A stretch of DNA of 63,290 bases, filler included, from Octopus bimaculoides (Eukaryota): assembly GCF_001194135.2 (NCBI RefSeq). It is 5 parts of 4 records of this genome, joined end to end, with 100 filler letters (N's around TTAATTAATTAA, not from the genome) between each part and the next. Parts side by side here need not be neighbours in the genome. Positions count along the whole stretch, not along the records: positions 20,033 to 39,118 come from NC_068987.1; 4 more parts are not named here. One strand, given 5' to 3'. The notes under the pieces were generated by a model. That model searched no databases. It was given only the letters and a program-made list of their open reading frames with translations, and was not told where the DNA came from. Numbering within the stretch: position 1 is the first letter of the stretch; every line of letters begins with the position of its first letter. Below are positions 23,421 through 39,118 of the stretch, piece by piece. The translations under genes were made by a program, and so were the position numbers.

Positions 23421-26400
23421 TAAACAATTTATTATAGAGCTAAATCTGTAATTGATCGCAACAACGTGGTGCTCCTTTCACTCTTCACCGTTATTTTACA
23501 GCTTTTCCAACAATAATGCATTTCTAAATAGATAATAGCTTCATATTCTCTCAAATAAATCGATACCTTTTTTGAGTAGAGTAAGGGAAATCATTTAAAA
23601 CCCCATTCAGAATATAGGCAGGTTCACTTAATTTTTTACCCTCACAACGACAAGAATTACATTTTAATTCGGATAATTATCAACAAGGTTGAAACTTCTG
23701 TGTTTCACAAGTAAAAAGGAAGACTGAGGTAAAATTATTGTATGAAATCAATTTCTTTTTCTCTTGTTTTTCGCTATCATCTATCTCTTTCTAATGCATA
23801 TGAACAGAATACATAAAATATAGTCAAACAATTCGCGAAGAAATTGAGACTATTCTTTAATAATGTTAAATTCTGTTGCATTAATTTCAGAAATAATTTG
23901 AATAAATAAAATTAATTACTTACTTTTTAATATTCCTTGCTTTTCTCAGACAATTGTAATATCTTTTACAAAGAGTGCGACAACATTTCTCGGGAATAAT
24001 TATTTTTGTTCGTGTATTTTATACAAAATATTAAATCTAATTTTTTTTTTAACTTTCTTGAAAGAAACTTTTTTAGTAATGAATTTCTTCTGTTCACATC
24101 TGTAAAAGGCAATCATTGTTCTAAAACTAATCCCAGTTTTTCAGTCCAAAGTATATAGAAATAATTAATATTAAACATTGTACAAAGAAAGTAAAATTAT
24201 ATTTACCTCGACAAAGCAGAAAAATTTAACTATATTCAAATAAATTTCAAACCACTGAACAGTTTCCAATCTGCACTGATCATTTGTGTGGAAAAGAAAA
24301 AAATAGCTTCGGGAATTGGTTTTATTTTCTATTGCATATAAATTAGGTAATTCTTGGTAATCAAAACGAAACCGTAAAACAGGAACAGCCATTTTTATTA
24401 TTTTCCTATCTTTTCTAAAAGCCACCACCACCGCTGACATTATTATCATCATCATGATATATTTCTATGCTCATAATCACATTATTTCGTACCGTAAGGT
24501 ATTTTTAAATATGTTGTCTGTCTCATAGGTCTGCCAGGCTTTCAAATATTAAATTTTCGTGAAGTTAATGAACAGATCCAGAAACATTGTAATGAATTCA
24601 AGTTTCACTCTTTTCGAAAAGAAATATTTTCAATAAATTGACTCTAGAGAGACAAAGGAAACAGACTACGAGAATAAAATGATTTAAAATCAATTAAAAA
24701 TAGCATGTGATGGGGGAGTGTGTCTTAACTTTGGAGGTTATGGCGACAATTCCAGATTTGTTTCAGAATTATTAAACCTCGTCAGTTGAGCACAGTTACA
24801 GATCGTAAATAATTGTGATGAAACATATTTCAACGATTTAACACGGAGTAGCATGTTCAATTAAAAGAAAGACAACACTAAAATATCCAGCATTACATGT
24901 TGTAAGAAAAATAAATAGCAAAGTCGACGGTAGCAAAATTTAATGATTTCGTTCGCCTATTTATGAGCGTCGTTCTAATTATTTCGAATAGGGCTGATAC
25001 TGGATAGCAGGGTGAAAACAACTTAGGTGATTTAGTTTCAGGTTCTGGTCTCAATTGCAGCCTCACTTAGTTACAGAGGTAGAAGTCATGCATAAGGGAG
25101 AAGGGGTAAATCCATTTTGATCTACCAAAATTATATGTGGCTCTGCATCTATGATAGGTAGTTGTAAGAGAGGGAAAATGGTGACGAGAAGGAAAACTAT
25201 GGTTACTCTTGTATTTATCATCATCAACATCATCGTCGTCGTTGTCGTTGTTGTTATTATTATGTTTTTTTTTTCTTTCTTCAAATTTTCTTCCATTTCT
25301 CACCGAGTGTTTTCCGTACACTTAGGGCAGAGAAGCTCATTGTATACATTCCCAGTTTACACACGCAAATTCACAGGTAAAATATGTATGTAAAAAAATT
25401 AATAAATAAATAAATTCATGAATGGATGTTGTTTTCACAGCGATAATGCTCTTCTCAGTACACGATTATTATTATTATTATTATTATTGTTGTTATTATT
25501 ACTATTATTATTATTATTATTATTATTATTGATACGGTTAGCTGACAGAATCTTTAACAAGACGGTAGCAGGAAATTCTGAAATAGCTACCAACTTCATC
25601 AGCGAACATTCGTACGAGAAGAACACCTAATGGAAATAGCAAAGGCAGAAATGATACCGACAACGTAAGGACAACTTTTTTAACAATGAAAGCAACAACA
25701 ACACCAGCAGCAAAAACAACAAACTTGAGATAAACGACAGCAGAAATAGAAGCTATAGCAGCCGTATCAAGAAGAACAATGATGTCAATGAAATAATGGG
25801 TGTGGCTGATGTTATGGGCAGACAATCTTTTCCTGGAATGGGTGTCAAATCAACACAATATTTTTCCTTCTCTCTGGACGACATGAAGGCAGGCAACACA
25901 ACTTGGGAAGGTGAATGGAAACTGAGCACAAGTTGCTGTCATAGCAGATGTTTCGACAACTCTCCGGATGACGATGATGTGTCGCCTTATATCGATAAAA
26001 CTCGATGCCTAGAAGTAACAACACAAGCCCAGATGTAAAGAGCACTCAAAGTAATACGGGCCTATATAGATCATGTGTCCAGGGCAAGGCTTTTCGAGAT
26101 ATCAGAAGACTTCTTGAAGTCAGATGCTCTTGAGATGCAGCACGTCATAGTTCTCATGCTCGACAAGAAACTTACTCTCAACCAAAGATTTTAAAGAGAA
26201 GGATCTGTGGCATTAAGATAGAATTCCATCAAAGTAGCATATCCGGTGGAGGTTGTCCTTCGTTGCCTTGAAGGATAGTGACACCATCTACGACCTAAAA
26301 CTAAAGGAGGGGGAGTTTGTTATGGGACCACAACGAATATCGTCCTTTAGATAGAACTGGAGGATATGGAATAGATCTCCACACTTATTTACCTGACAGA

Positions 26401-26639
26401 GATGGAGTGAAGTCTCTTGTTGCACTTGAGGGTAGAAGGCCAAGTGGCCAATTGTGTGATATGGAAAACCACTTCAGATCTTTCTGGCCTCAACGAGAAG
26501 ATGGAAGAGGAGGTTCCCATTACTGCTGATACTACATGCTACACGTATGGACTTAACAGAACAAAAACGTGGTAGGGACATAAACCCGAAGGCATCATCA
26601 AAAATGATAATGCAAAGATAATAAAATAATAATAATAAT

Positions 26640-27885
<1,246 letters not shown>

Positions 27886-28029
27886 ATGTTTGTGGTGTAT
27901 TACATGAAGATATTTCGCTACGTCCCCTCAAGTTTTCACTCGCCCTAGTACACTGGGTGAGTCTCGTCAAGTGACCGTAACAAACGTGCAGATTAAAAGT
28001 AAATAATGACAATAATAATAATAACGTTT

Positions 28030-28400
28030 TCAAATTTTAGCTCAAGGCCACCAATTTCAGGGGTGGGGAAAAGTCGATTAAATCGACCCCACTTCTCAAC
28101 TGCTATTTATTTTATCGACTCCGAAAGGATGAGAGGCAAAAGCAATTTCTCTGGAATTTGAACTCATGACGAAACCTGCTAAGCACATCCTTTCTGCTAT
28201 AGGTACACAGCCTGAAATTTGGTGGGTGGGGCCTGTGAGTTACATCGAAACCAATGCGCAACTGGTACTTATGTCATCGACCTCGAAATGATGAGCGACT
28301 AAGTTGACGTTGGCGGGATTTGAACTCACAAAATAAGATGGATGAAATGCCACTAAGCATTTTGTCCGGCGTGCGAACGAATCTGCCAGCTCACCATCTT
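28030..28400 (-). mobile_element. two tandem SINE copies
   Basis: Reverse complement of the core (tttatcgactccgaaaggatg; gtcatcgacctcgaaatgatg) and tRNA-like heads (gaatttgaactca). Confidence 0.7.
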
Positions 28401-28401
28401 T

Positions 28402-28438
<37 letters not shown>

Positions 28439-28453
28439 CGATGATGACGATGA

Positions 28454-28494
<41 letters not shown>

Positions 28495-28874
28495 NNNNNN
28501 NNNNNNNNNNNNNNNNNNNNNNNNNNNNNNNNNNNNNNNNNNNNNNNNNNNNNNNNNNNNNNNNNNNNNNNNNNNNNNNNNNNNNNNNNNNNNNNNNNNN
28601 NNNNNNNNNNNNNNNNNNNNNNNNNNNNNNNNNNNNNNNNNNNNNNNNNNNNNNNNNNNNNNNNNNNNNNNNNNNNNNNNNNNNNNNNNNNNNNNNNNNN
28701 NNNNNNNNNNNNNNNNNNNNNNNNNNNNNNNNNNNNNNNNNNNNNNNNNNNNNNNNNNNNNNNNNNNNNNNNNNNNNNNNNNNNNNNNNNNNNNNNNNNN
28801 NNNNNNNNNNNNNNNNNNNNNNNNNNNNNNNNNNNNNNNNNNNNNNNNNNNNNNNNNNNNNNNNNNNNNNNNNN

Positions 28875-28917
<43 letters not shown>

Positions 28918-29885
28918 ACAGACGTACAGACTTTCCTACTCTTATATGCAATGGTATAGACGGCTAATAGCATTTATACATATACACATCCTGTCTTTCG
29001 ATTTAAAAATACGGACTATTTCTAATGAACCAGCGGACAATGTCTTTATTGCAATGTATTCTGTGTCAGCGACTCGACTTCTAAAATTTTATTGCTGTTA
29101 GAAATGTATGTCGAAGTTTTCCTAACTTGGTCTTATTGTCATTTCCTTTCTTTGAAACTCTTCAAAGTCTGCATAACCATTCAATGGTAGAAACGGAAGA
29201 CAGCTTGACTAAATTCCATTCAATTATTTGGTTTTGTTTCTGTGTGGTCATAGTGGAAAAATCACTCCGCTCTTGAATTTGCCGTTAGTTCGTTCGTCTC
29301 TACGTTACCAATAAAATATATTACAGCATGTATTTGGATGAAATCATCACCACCATCATCATCATGTACATTATTCCCTTCGTCGTCGTCATCATGACCA
29401 TAGTCGTCGTCGTCGCCGTCATCATCAAATTTTCGTTTAGTTACTTGCGATAAACGTGTCTTCAATGAGCTTCAAAAATCAGTGGACTACTTTTAACACG
29501 TGTGTATGTGTGTGTAGTGGTGTGAGAGAGAGAAAGCGAGAGAGCGTGTGTGTGTGTGTGTGTGTGNNNNNNNNNNNNNNNNNNNNNNNNNNNNNNNNNN
29601 NNNNNNNNNNNNNNNNNNNNNNNNNNNNNNNNNNNNNNNNNNNNNNNNNNNNNNNNNNNNNNNNNNNNNNNNNNNNNNNNNNNNNNNNNNNNNNNNNNNN
29701 NNNNNNNNNNNNNNNNNNNNNNNNNNNNNNNNNNNNNNNNNNNNNNNNNNNNNNNNNNNNNNNNNNNNNNNNNNNNNNNNNNNNNNNNNNNNNNNNNNNN
29801 NNNNNNNNNNNNNNNNNNNNNNNNNNNNNNNNNNNNNNNNNNNNNNNNNNNNNNNNNNNNNNNNNNNNNNNNNNNNNNNNNNNNN

Positions 29886-29925
<40 letters not shown>

Positions 29926-30464
29926 ATATATATATATACGTGTGTGTGTGTGTATTCTTTGTGTATCTGGTGACTTGAGGTTCAGATACATAGATTGGTA
30001 GGAGGATTATTTTATGGGGTTCTTTCTTCTCTTTGGTGGGATAATATATTTTTGAAATCTTATTGTCAAGATGTTTTTAAATGCAAACGTAGCATTCACT
30101 ATGTTGGCAGTTGGAAGAGTCCTAGAAAGTTTCACAGCTATCAAATAGAAAGGCAAATAGAAAGGCATTGAAACAAGCTAACAGAAACGTGAAAAATGAC
30201 AAAGAAAAAATCCGACTATGCCACAAACAGGTGTTAGCATGGGCAAATCTTTCAAAATGTTGACTACAAAAAAATGCATTGCTAATACTAGTAGCTAGAA
30301 TGGGGTTGGTCAACTCTCTGAAAAAATTAATGTTAGAGAAACATGTCCCAAAAAATCTGCCTAAAGATTATGCAGGATAAAATCTTGAAAGTAAGCGACA
30401 TGACCTTGAGGAATTAGTAATCATGACTTAAATTCTTTGATCGAAGACCTATAGTATCAGGACT

Positions 30465-30830
30465 ATGAGTGGCTTAACGGTTAGGGCATTGGGCTCACGA
30501 TCGTAAGGTCATGTATTCAATTCCCAGAGACGCGTTATGTCCTTGAGCACGACACTTCATTTTACGTTTCTCCAGTCCACTCAGCTGACAAAAATGAGTT
30601 GTACCTGTTTTCTAAAGGCCAGTCTTGTCCCACTCTTTGTCACGCTGAATCTCCCTGAGAATTACGTTAAGGGTACGCGTGACTGTGGAATGCTCAGCCC
30701 CATGCACGTTAACTTCATGAGCTGGTTGTTCCGTTGATCGGATCAATTGGAACCTTCGTTATGGTAATCGACGGAGTGCCATTAAGAATGAGAACTAAGA
30801 TGGGACTAAAAAACACCAAACACATAGCAA
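30465..30830 (+). mobile_element. tRNA-derived SINE, second family
   Basis: Head gagtggcttaacggttagggcattggg...tcaattccc, then gtccttgagcacgacacttcattt...ctccagtccactcagctg...aaatgagt. A reverse-oriented relative lies at 38385-38565. Confidence 0.75.
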
Positions 30831-33189
30831 TCGACCATATGACCCTTATCTTCAAGACCAGACAATATTTCAGTTACCAACAGCTACCGATATTTTCAAA
30901 ACGCAATTGGGATGTGCAACAGAGTACTATTCCCATATCAAGGACAGTGCCGATACGCCTCAGCATCCAGAGCAGAGCCCCTCGACTGGTTGGCATTAAA
31001 TCGTTGGCACATTCTAGCTCTTCCCACAGGCATGCTGTCTCCTATTTCTGTTTTTCTTCTATTGTTACTGTTTCTGTTTCTGCTGGTTTGCTCATCGCGT
31101 ACATTCGCCAGTCAAGCATTTCCAGCCCACTTAACTGTCCGCCAATCCTTACCTTTCATGCGTTCATACACCCGGCCCCGCACTTAACCCCTATGCCTCG
31201 TCCTGTCTTCCCAGAGAATTGCTTTCTGGAGTTTTCTCCCTGTTCATATCTTTCATGCAAGCATACAACTACAACTGTTTAAATGAACCATTATAAGCAT
31301 CAGTCTCCCTTATCACGGAAGAAGCAATGCAAGGGGCAATGCTCAACACCAGCAAATGTAATGGGCATTGCCTCTTTCTCCAAACTCAGCAAGTGAAAAG
31401 GATATTTAAAGCAAAAGCTAATGTGATTCACTTGCAGCCGATGAGAGGCAATGAAGCTAGGATAAACTTTTTGCCCTATTGCCTTACAGTTATGCTATAT
31501 GTAATTAATTCTAGGAATATACAAGGGAATCTCATCTTGCCTATATTTTTAAAGATGATGGAAATGAATATAATTTTCTGCACTCGATACTAAAGTTAGG
31601 GAGAAGTATAACTTATATATGAAACAACCAATTTCCATAAGATATTTTATTCAGTAAACAGACATCCGCAAAATATGTCCAAGGTTTCCGTTTCTGGAAT
31701 CTTATGAAGCGTGACCTTTATTTTTATCTGAATTGAGCTGGTCTCTAGATAGAAAATCTAAAGAAGACACACACACACGCATGCATGCAGAAGTGGTGGG
31801 ATAGTATTGACAGTGAAGTTGTATCCATGTCTAAAAATGCAATTACGCGAGACATTATGAAACACCGAATCCATCATCGTTAACGACGCGATGAACAATT
31901 ATGACGATGACGGCGGTGATGTCGATGCCGATGGTGATAGTGGTGACGGTGTAGGTGATATTACCGGGATGGATGGATGGTAGTGGTAGCGGTTAAGGAT
32001 GATGGCGGGGATTATAAAAAGGATGAGGAGAAGCAGGTTGGGGAGGATCATCATAGTGATCATCACCATCATCAGTTTAATGATGAAGACCATAGCGATA
32101 ATAATATTACAATTTTGCTTTGGTAATAACAGGCTTATGATAATAAACATAGGCCGAAAGATTGTTCGAACTTGTGAAGCAAGCAAAGACACTGTTATTT
32201 TCCTGTATACCATCTGTGTACGAAGCAAAATGTTGCCAAAACGACCATCCTCTTCAGTATAGCATATTAAAACTGTGATTCTCTAACTACAATGAAATTA
32301 TTTGTAATGATTAACTGCACGTGCCGGCTGTTCTATTGAAAAGGAAATGAAATTATTTTCATTAAGATGCCAAGTCTTTAAAACTAACTCGATTCAATAT
32401 GTGATATAATGAAATATCCGAAAAAAATCATCCCATATTTAAGTTTGCCGACCTCGGAAAAATCCTGGTAAATTGATATGATAAAATACTTAAAGCAGCC
32501 ATCTGATAGCTGCAAATTAGCAGTAATTGTCACAAAGTTTGCTTCAAAAGATTTATGAGAAATAATTGTGGTGTTGGTTTGAAACAGAAAAAAGAAATCA
32601 TGGTATTTAGCTACATAGCAACGGAGAAAACCATAAACTTTTATAGCCTGCTTGTAGTATGAATTACTTTTAATTGATAGGTTTTTGAAAATAGATTTTA
32701 ACTATGTGATTTCTAAATAAAATAAAATTACTTTAAACAAGATTTTCTTCATTTTTTTTTTTTTTTTACGAATTCAAAATCAAATAAAAATTTTTGTAAG
32801 GCTTAGTCAGGGAGTGATGGATTGTGACCATGTCATTTATAAAGCCTATGAGACTATTGGGATATAAGGAGAAAGCAATCAAAGTTCAGGGTCTTCTGCA
32901 TTCGAATTCGACAAAAAGGATCATATCGATATCGAGTTATCCTTAGTTCAGATCTGGTCCAAACGCTTACAAAACTCCTGGGTGTTTGTTATACATAAGC
33001 CAGGTGAAGGTTTGTGTATAACTGTCAGGCACAGGTGCAGGCCAACGGGGTTCCACGAAAGTTCAGTCAATCCAGTTTCACTAACAATACATAGGTCGAG
33101 GACAACACTTTCGAAAACATTTGAACGAAGTACTATGCAGTGAGATTCAACTACTACGTCATTTGGAAGCGAACTTTATAACAGCGTCA

Positions 33190-33450
33190 CTCCTACAACC
33201 ATATGGGAAATACGGGATGTATTATTGGGGTGAAACTTTGGCACAAGGCTAGCAATTTCCATGAAGTGGATAGGTCGATAGCATCGAACTCGACTCCAGA
33301 GCTCAATGATACTTATTTTATCGACCCCGAAAGGATAAAACGCGAAGTCGACCCTGACGGCATTTGAACTCATAATATAAAGTCAGAAGAAATGCAACTC
33401 AGCATTTTATCCGGCGCAGTAACGATACTGCCGGCTCGCAACTCTACAGG
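33190..33450 (-). mobile_element. tRNA-derived SINE
   Basis: tacttattttatcgaccccgaaaggataaaacgcgaagtcgacc...atttgaactca (reverse core plus B-box). Confidence 0.75.
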
Positions 33451-35041
33451 ATGTATTTTTACGATATTTTTTACAGTTATTGAAAGATCAAGCATAAAAA
33501 TAAACTGCAATTGTGAAAATTAACGTAATTTTGTGAGTTTAAATTTAACTTTCAAAACAAAATCTTGTACTTAAACTATAATACATTTGTCAGAGTGTTT
33601 CCACCCACAAATGATTTGGGTGTCCCTAAACAATTCATTTTCGGGGGGAAATATTTTTTGAGAAAATGATTCAAATAGAGGGTGGATAAACGAAAATAAT
33701 TTAACGTCTTGGAAATGAGTCTTCTTCGGAAAATGAGAGGAAGCAGTCTGTTAGATGAAACAGTATGCTTGTAAGAACCCCAAATGATGAAAATTAGAAG
33801 GCCAGGATATAAAGAATGAAGAAGGCGAAAAAGCGACAAATAGTTTTTCGCTCAGAAAGTAATTCAGGCGCAACATATCTATAATTACTATATTAAATTA
33901 CTAGCCAGGATTAAGATTCCAAAATGTAGACAACCGTTTATGATTTAGAAACATAAATACCTCCGTTACATAAAATCTCAGCATTCCTTGTATATTCAGA
34001 ACAATGCCTTTATATTGTCTTGTAATCTGAGATAATTTTTACGAGCTGTAAAATACTGAATTTATTGGAAATATAGACTGTAAGTTCATGACATTTATCA
34101 CATTCTACTACACTCACGTGCTCCACGAATCACTGGTGAAACCAACTATCCAGCAGTCTGGCAGATTAATATTGTACATAAGATTTGAAGATTTCAGAAT
34201 AGTATTAGTCAGTTTGAAACAGCCTTTACTTTACTGAATGAGCCTTTACTCTTACGCTGTACAATTTTATACGAATGAATGGAGCTGAAAATGTCTGTTC
34301 TATAACTTTCTTTTTATTTTCTATCTTTGCCTGTTTGTATTGAACGTTTGAGCTATATCATACGAAATTTCAATGTATGAATCTCTCTAATAGAAATGAT
34401 AATAAAGGAATTCTATTCTATTTTACGATAAAAATACGGTATAGAATTGAAAATAGCATTTAAATCCCCATAACATTAATTCAACCGCACACAAGAATGA
34501 CTTCATTGAATTTTTACAAAGAGATTGAGGTCGACGCCATATATTTTCTCTGATCTATATTTTTCCAGTAATGACCCCAGTATTCTAATTCCATTGTCTG
34601 ATTAAAATAAAAGATCAAAAAGACTTTAAACAACCGTGAACTTAACGAAATATTTACCATTTACATTGTAATGTGCGATGATGAATATGTTCTGAGAAAC
34701 CTAAGGAGGTTGTATACGTGGTTAAGTGGTAAATGTACAGACTAGGTCAAATATCACTAAAGCTGAAGACTCTCGTGGATCTCTCTTTGTGGGCAACTCA
34801 CTATTGTCGCCCACTTATTTTCTTGTTATTTTATTTATTTAGTTTTTTTAGTTTATATCGGAAATGTTGAGCAATAGCGTCGTTGATTAAAGTTTCCCAA
34901 CAGGCCAGAGACTGGTTCTCTACGCCTGTGTCACTTCTTTGTTATTGTGTTATTAGAGAGGAGGCTCTGTGCCCATAGCCGATGGAAGCTAGCCATGACT
35001 GGTGCGCTGAAATATCTGTAACCTGATGTCTTCATGATTTG

Positions 35042-35074
<33 letters not shown>

Positions 35075-35984
35075 TACACACATATTCCATAAGGATTTTC
35101 TTCTGAAAATGAAGTATTGGAATCAGTGGAGAGATATACAGTACGGAGATAGGAAAGAGATGAGTGGGATTTAGTTCAAGGTGAAAGGTATTTGCCAGCT
35201 CCAAGAATTAGAGGCTTTAACAGTAATAGAAAAGGTAGCTAGGTGCCTCAAATACGCGCATATATGAGTGGAAGTGGTGGGGATCTTGACCAATCCCCGG
35301 AGTGTTTTTTTATTTGTTTCTTTTTTTTTAGATGCAATCAGAAGTTCGGTGAACTCAACACTCCAGAGTATGGAACCGTCAGAGGAAAAGATCGAGAATA
35401 TGAGAGCTAGCACTTACATCATCTTCAAGGATCTAAGGTTGGTTAAATGTAGCGAGGGCTACATACAGAATTGTTTCCTTTCCATGCACAGTGATTGTGT
35501 CTAAATACTGTTGACAGTGACAAATTTCTCGTGTCTGTAATGCAGAACAGTTTCAAAATCCTTGTTCATAAAAACAATGTAGGTTTCATTTCAGATATTT
35601 AGATAGCACGAGTATAATTTATGCTAACCTAAGGTTATGGGGGCAAGTGAGCGGATATTGCTAGAAATGCAAGAAAGTAGATTACTTGCTCTTCGGCATT
35701 TACAATTCCAGATGGATGTCTAGAATGCCACTAACTATATTATTCTTCTAATTATTTATGCTGGGGATTTAGAAATTTATTTTTAACCACACTTTCTTGC
35801 GTCGACTAGTTGTTAATCACATCACTAATAGTTACAGCTTAACGCTGTAGTTTGAGCTTTTGTTATTCCTTGGAGATTCAACCATCTTAATATTGTCTAC
35901 ATTTAAATATTATCTACAGCATTTGAGGCCTTTTGTAGTGAAACGAAATTTGAAACTGATTGCTTGTACCCAGACAGACAGACA

Positions 35985-35986
<2 letters not shown>

Positions 35987-36064
<78 letters not shown>

Positions 36065-36098
36065 TGTATGTATGTATGTATGTATGTATGTATGTATA
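35987..36098. repeat. (AC)n-(TATG)n microsatellite
   Basis: Seen directly; one of many AC, AT and AG tracts in the window. Confidence 0.95.
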
Positions 36099-36543
36099 TT
36101 CGTGTTTGTCTACATATACTGTATGTGGCTTATTATAAATCAGAGACGCGGCTTGTTAAATAGTTGTAGTTTCAATAATGTATTTACAATACATAACATA
36201 ACACAAGTACTGTATTTGCTTTATGTCACTTATTAAGCATAACGTTAAGATATATATTACACATATGAACTTAAAATATAGATTTTATTGTGTAGAACAA
36301 ATATTAATTTAACTTCTCTTATTAAACTAAATATGTGTAACTTAATTGTTTAATTAAACTTTAATTATATAATTTTGCTTTACAAATTTGAGTCTATAAA
36401 CATTATTTCAATAATTTCTACCGTCTCTTCGGGTTATCATGTTAACGTACAGCAACAGCAGTAATTGAAGGAATCAGTGATGCTCTACATTGGGAAATAG
36501 TAATTTCTAAATGTTGACGAAATGGAATAAATTACAAAATAAA

Positions 36544-36574
<31 letters not shown>

Positions 36575-38775
36575 NNNNNNNNNNNNNNNNNNNNNNNNNN
36601 NNNNNNNNNNNNNNNNNNNNNNNNNNNNNNNNNNNNNNNNNNNNNNNNNNNNNNNNNNNNNNNNNNNNNNNNNNNNNNNNNNNNNNNNNNNNNNNNNNNN
36701 NNNNNNNNNNNNNNNNNNNNNNNNNNNNNNNNNNNNNNNNNNNNNNNNNNNNNNNNNNNNNNNNNNNNNNNNNNNNNNNNNNNNNNNNNNNNNNNNNNNN
36801 NNNNNNNNNNNNNNNNNNNNNNNNNNNNNNNNNNNNNNNNNNNNNNNNNNNNNNNNNNNNNNNNNNNNNNNNNNNNNNNNNNNNNNNNNNNNNNNNNNNN
36901 NNNNNNNNNNNNNNNNNNNNNNNNNNNNNNNNNNNNNNNNNNNNNNNNNNNNNNNNNNNNNNNNNNNNNNNNNNNNNNNNNNNNNNNNNNNNNNNNNNNN
37001 NNNNNNNNNNNNNNNNNNNNNNNNNNNNNNNTATATATATATATATATCTGTTTCTCTCTGGAAATGTTCTATTCTCAAACGTTATACCTGTCTTCTTTC
37101 TTACAAAGTCATCCTTTATTCCTCCTCTTCTTTAATTTTATGTCATCGTATACGAGGATTGACACAAATATAATTTTCAGTTATCTTCTCACTCTAAGCC
37201 TAAAGCATAAGAAATTAAGTAAGGTTGTGATATTCATTCTTTTTTGTAGTGGCATTATTGGTATAAGTAAAATAAAAGTAGCTAGAAATGGAATCGAAAC
37301 AGATTTCTAGATTGTACTGACCATAACGTAGCCATTCACTCTGCATCGCTTAAATTTCTATTTCATTTAATGTGTTGTTCAACTTTCATTTTCTAAACAC
37401 TACCGATTTAATCTACAGTTTATGTTCACATAAAAGTATGTGATAAACTATAGTTTGTGCTTTAGTTTATTACTCATAGGAAGGTGGTTATCAAGCAGTT
37501 TATTTTTGTCTTTATGATGAGTTATGTACATTATCTTTCAATGCCGCATAACCAAAACCCTACTTTATTCACAAGTTAAACTATCCACGAAAACTAAAAC
37601 ATCTCCATAATAATGCAGCCAGTGAGCAAAGCTTTTAAAATAACTTCAACTATTTCACTTAATGTATTCAAATATTTTCGTTCATTTCAATAACAAAGTA
37701 GTGTATCAACAAGAACATTTCTGGTGTCAAATTTATGTTTGCTCTTCTCTTTTTATTACTTTTAGTCTGGTTTTTGTAATTAAAATTTACATCGGGTACA
37801 CGAGTTCCCTGATGTCAACTTACAGCATTCTTAATGGGGATAATGAATTTTAAAACATACAGTGACTTTTTCCTTTGCCTTTTACTTTATTTAAATTGTT
37901 CTTTATGGTTGTTGCTATTGTTGTTATTTTTGTTGCTGTTACTATTGGTTTCTGCAAGTCATAAAAACTAAAGCACGTTGTTGTGAATCCTTTGATACTA
38001 GTATCTCAACACAACATCGTGACATCTTTAACTTGATATTTCGGTATAACTTTTAAATTCCGTGTATATAAATCACCTGTGAAACAACATATGTGGGACC
38101 AATTTGAAGTAGAAATACGCTTCGTAGAAACAGGACGAGTTAAATCTATATGAAATGAAAACAGTAACAATACAATGAGTGTTTTGACAGTGTTTTATAA
38201 ATAAAGTCTCAAACTTGTTAAACAAATATACGAGCCTGGTGAGCGTATATTTATAAACTACAGAACTTCCTCACAAGCAGCAGCTTTTCTTAAAGGATAT
38301 TTCAGCTTCCCATTTCTCTTTCTCTCTCTCACTATATATATATCTGTCTTTCTATCTATCTCTCCACATACGTGTGTTTGTGTGACAGAGAGAGTTCGAT
38401 TCATAGACCAAGTAGTATTCTGTGTCCTTGAGCAAGATACCCCATTACTCGATGCTCCAGTATGCTCAGCTGAAAATGGGCACCAGCCATCTGCCGGGTG
38501 AACCTCCGCTTCACTCCAGCTCTCACAACCTAGATGTTCCACAAGGTCAAGAGTGAGAGGGTCGAAAAGGTGTGTGTCTCTTCTCTACTACATACACATG
38601 TGACACACGTAATAAAAGCGTCGCTAAATCTACCAGGTCATACTCGCTGACAATATACATTCGTATGCGCTCTCACATATACGTGTGCGTTTCTCAGTGT
38701 GTGTGTGTGTGTGTGTGTATGTTTGTGTGTGTGTGTATGTGTGTGTGTGTGTGTGTGTGTNNNNNNNNNNTGTGT

Positions 38776-38811
<36 letters not shown>

Positions 38812-39056
38812 ATACACCTTTTACTTGTTTCAGCTATTAGACTGCAGCCATGCTAGGGCATTGCCTTGAAGAATCTTTAATCGAATAAATCGATCCCAGT
38901 ACTTATGCCTTAAGCCTGGTACTTACTTTATTCGTTTATATTGCCGAATCGCAATACACCAACACAGCTTGTCAAGCGGTAGATGGGGACAAACAGACAC
39001 AGACACACACACACATGTGAGTGTATACATACATATATACATATACACATACATAC

Positions 39057-39118
<62 letters not shown>

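Noticed and set aside
30734-31282. 182-aa ORF as a gene
   Set aside because: It starts in a SINE tail; the opposite strand has stops and looks like a decayed retroelement.
38077-38145. Possible 69-bp minus-strand exon
   Set aside because: The splice signals are ambiguous (the donor context also reads as an acceptor) and the peptide is unrecognised.
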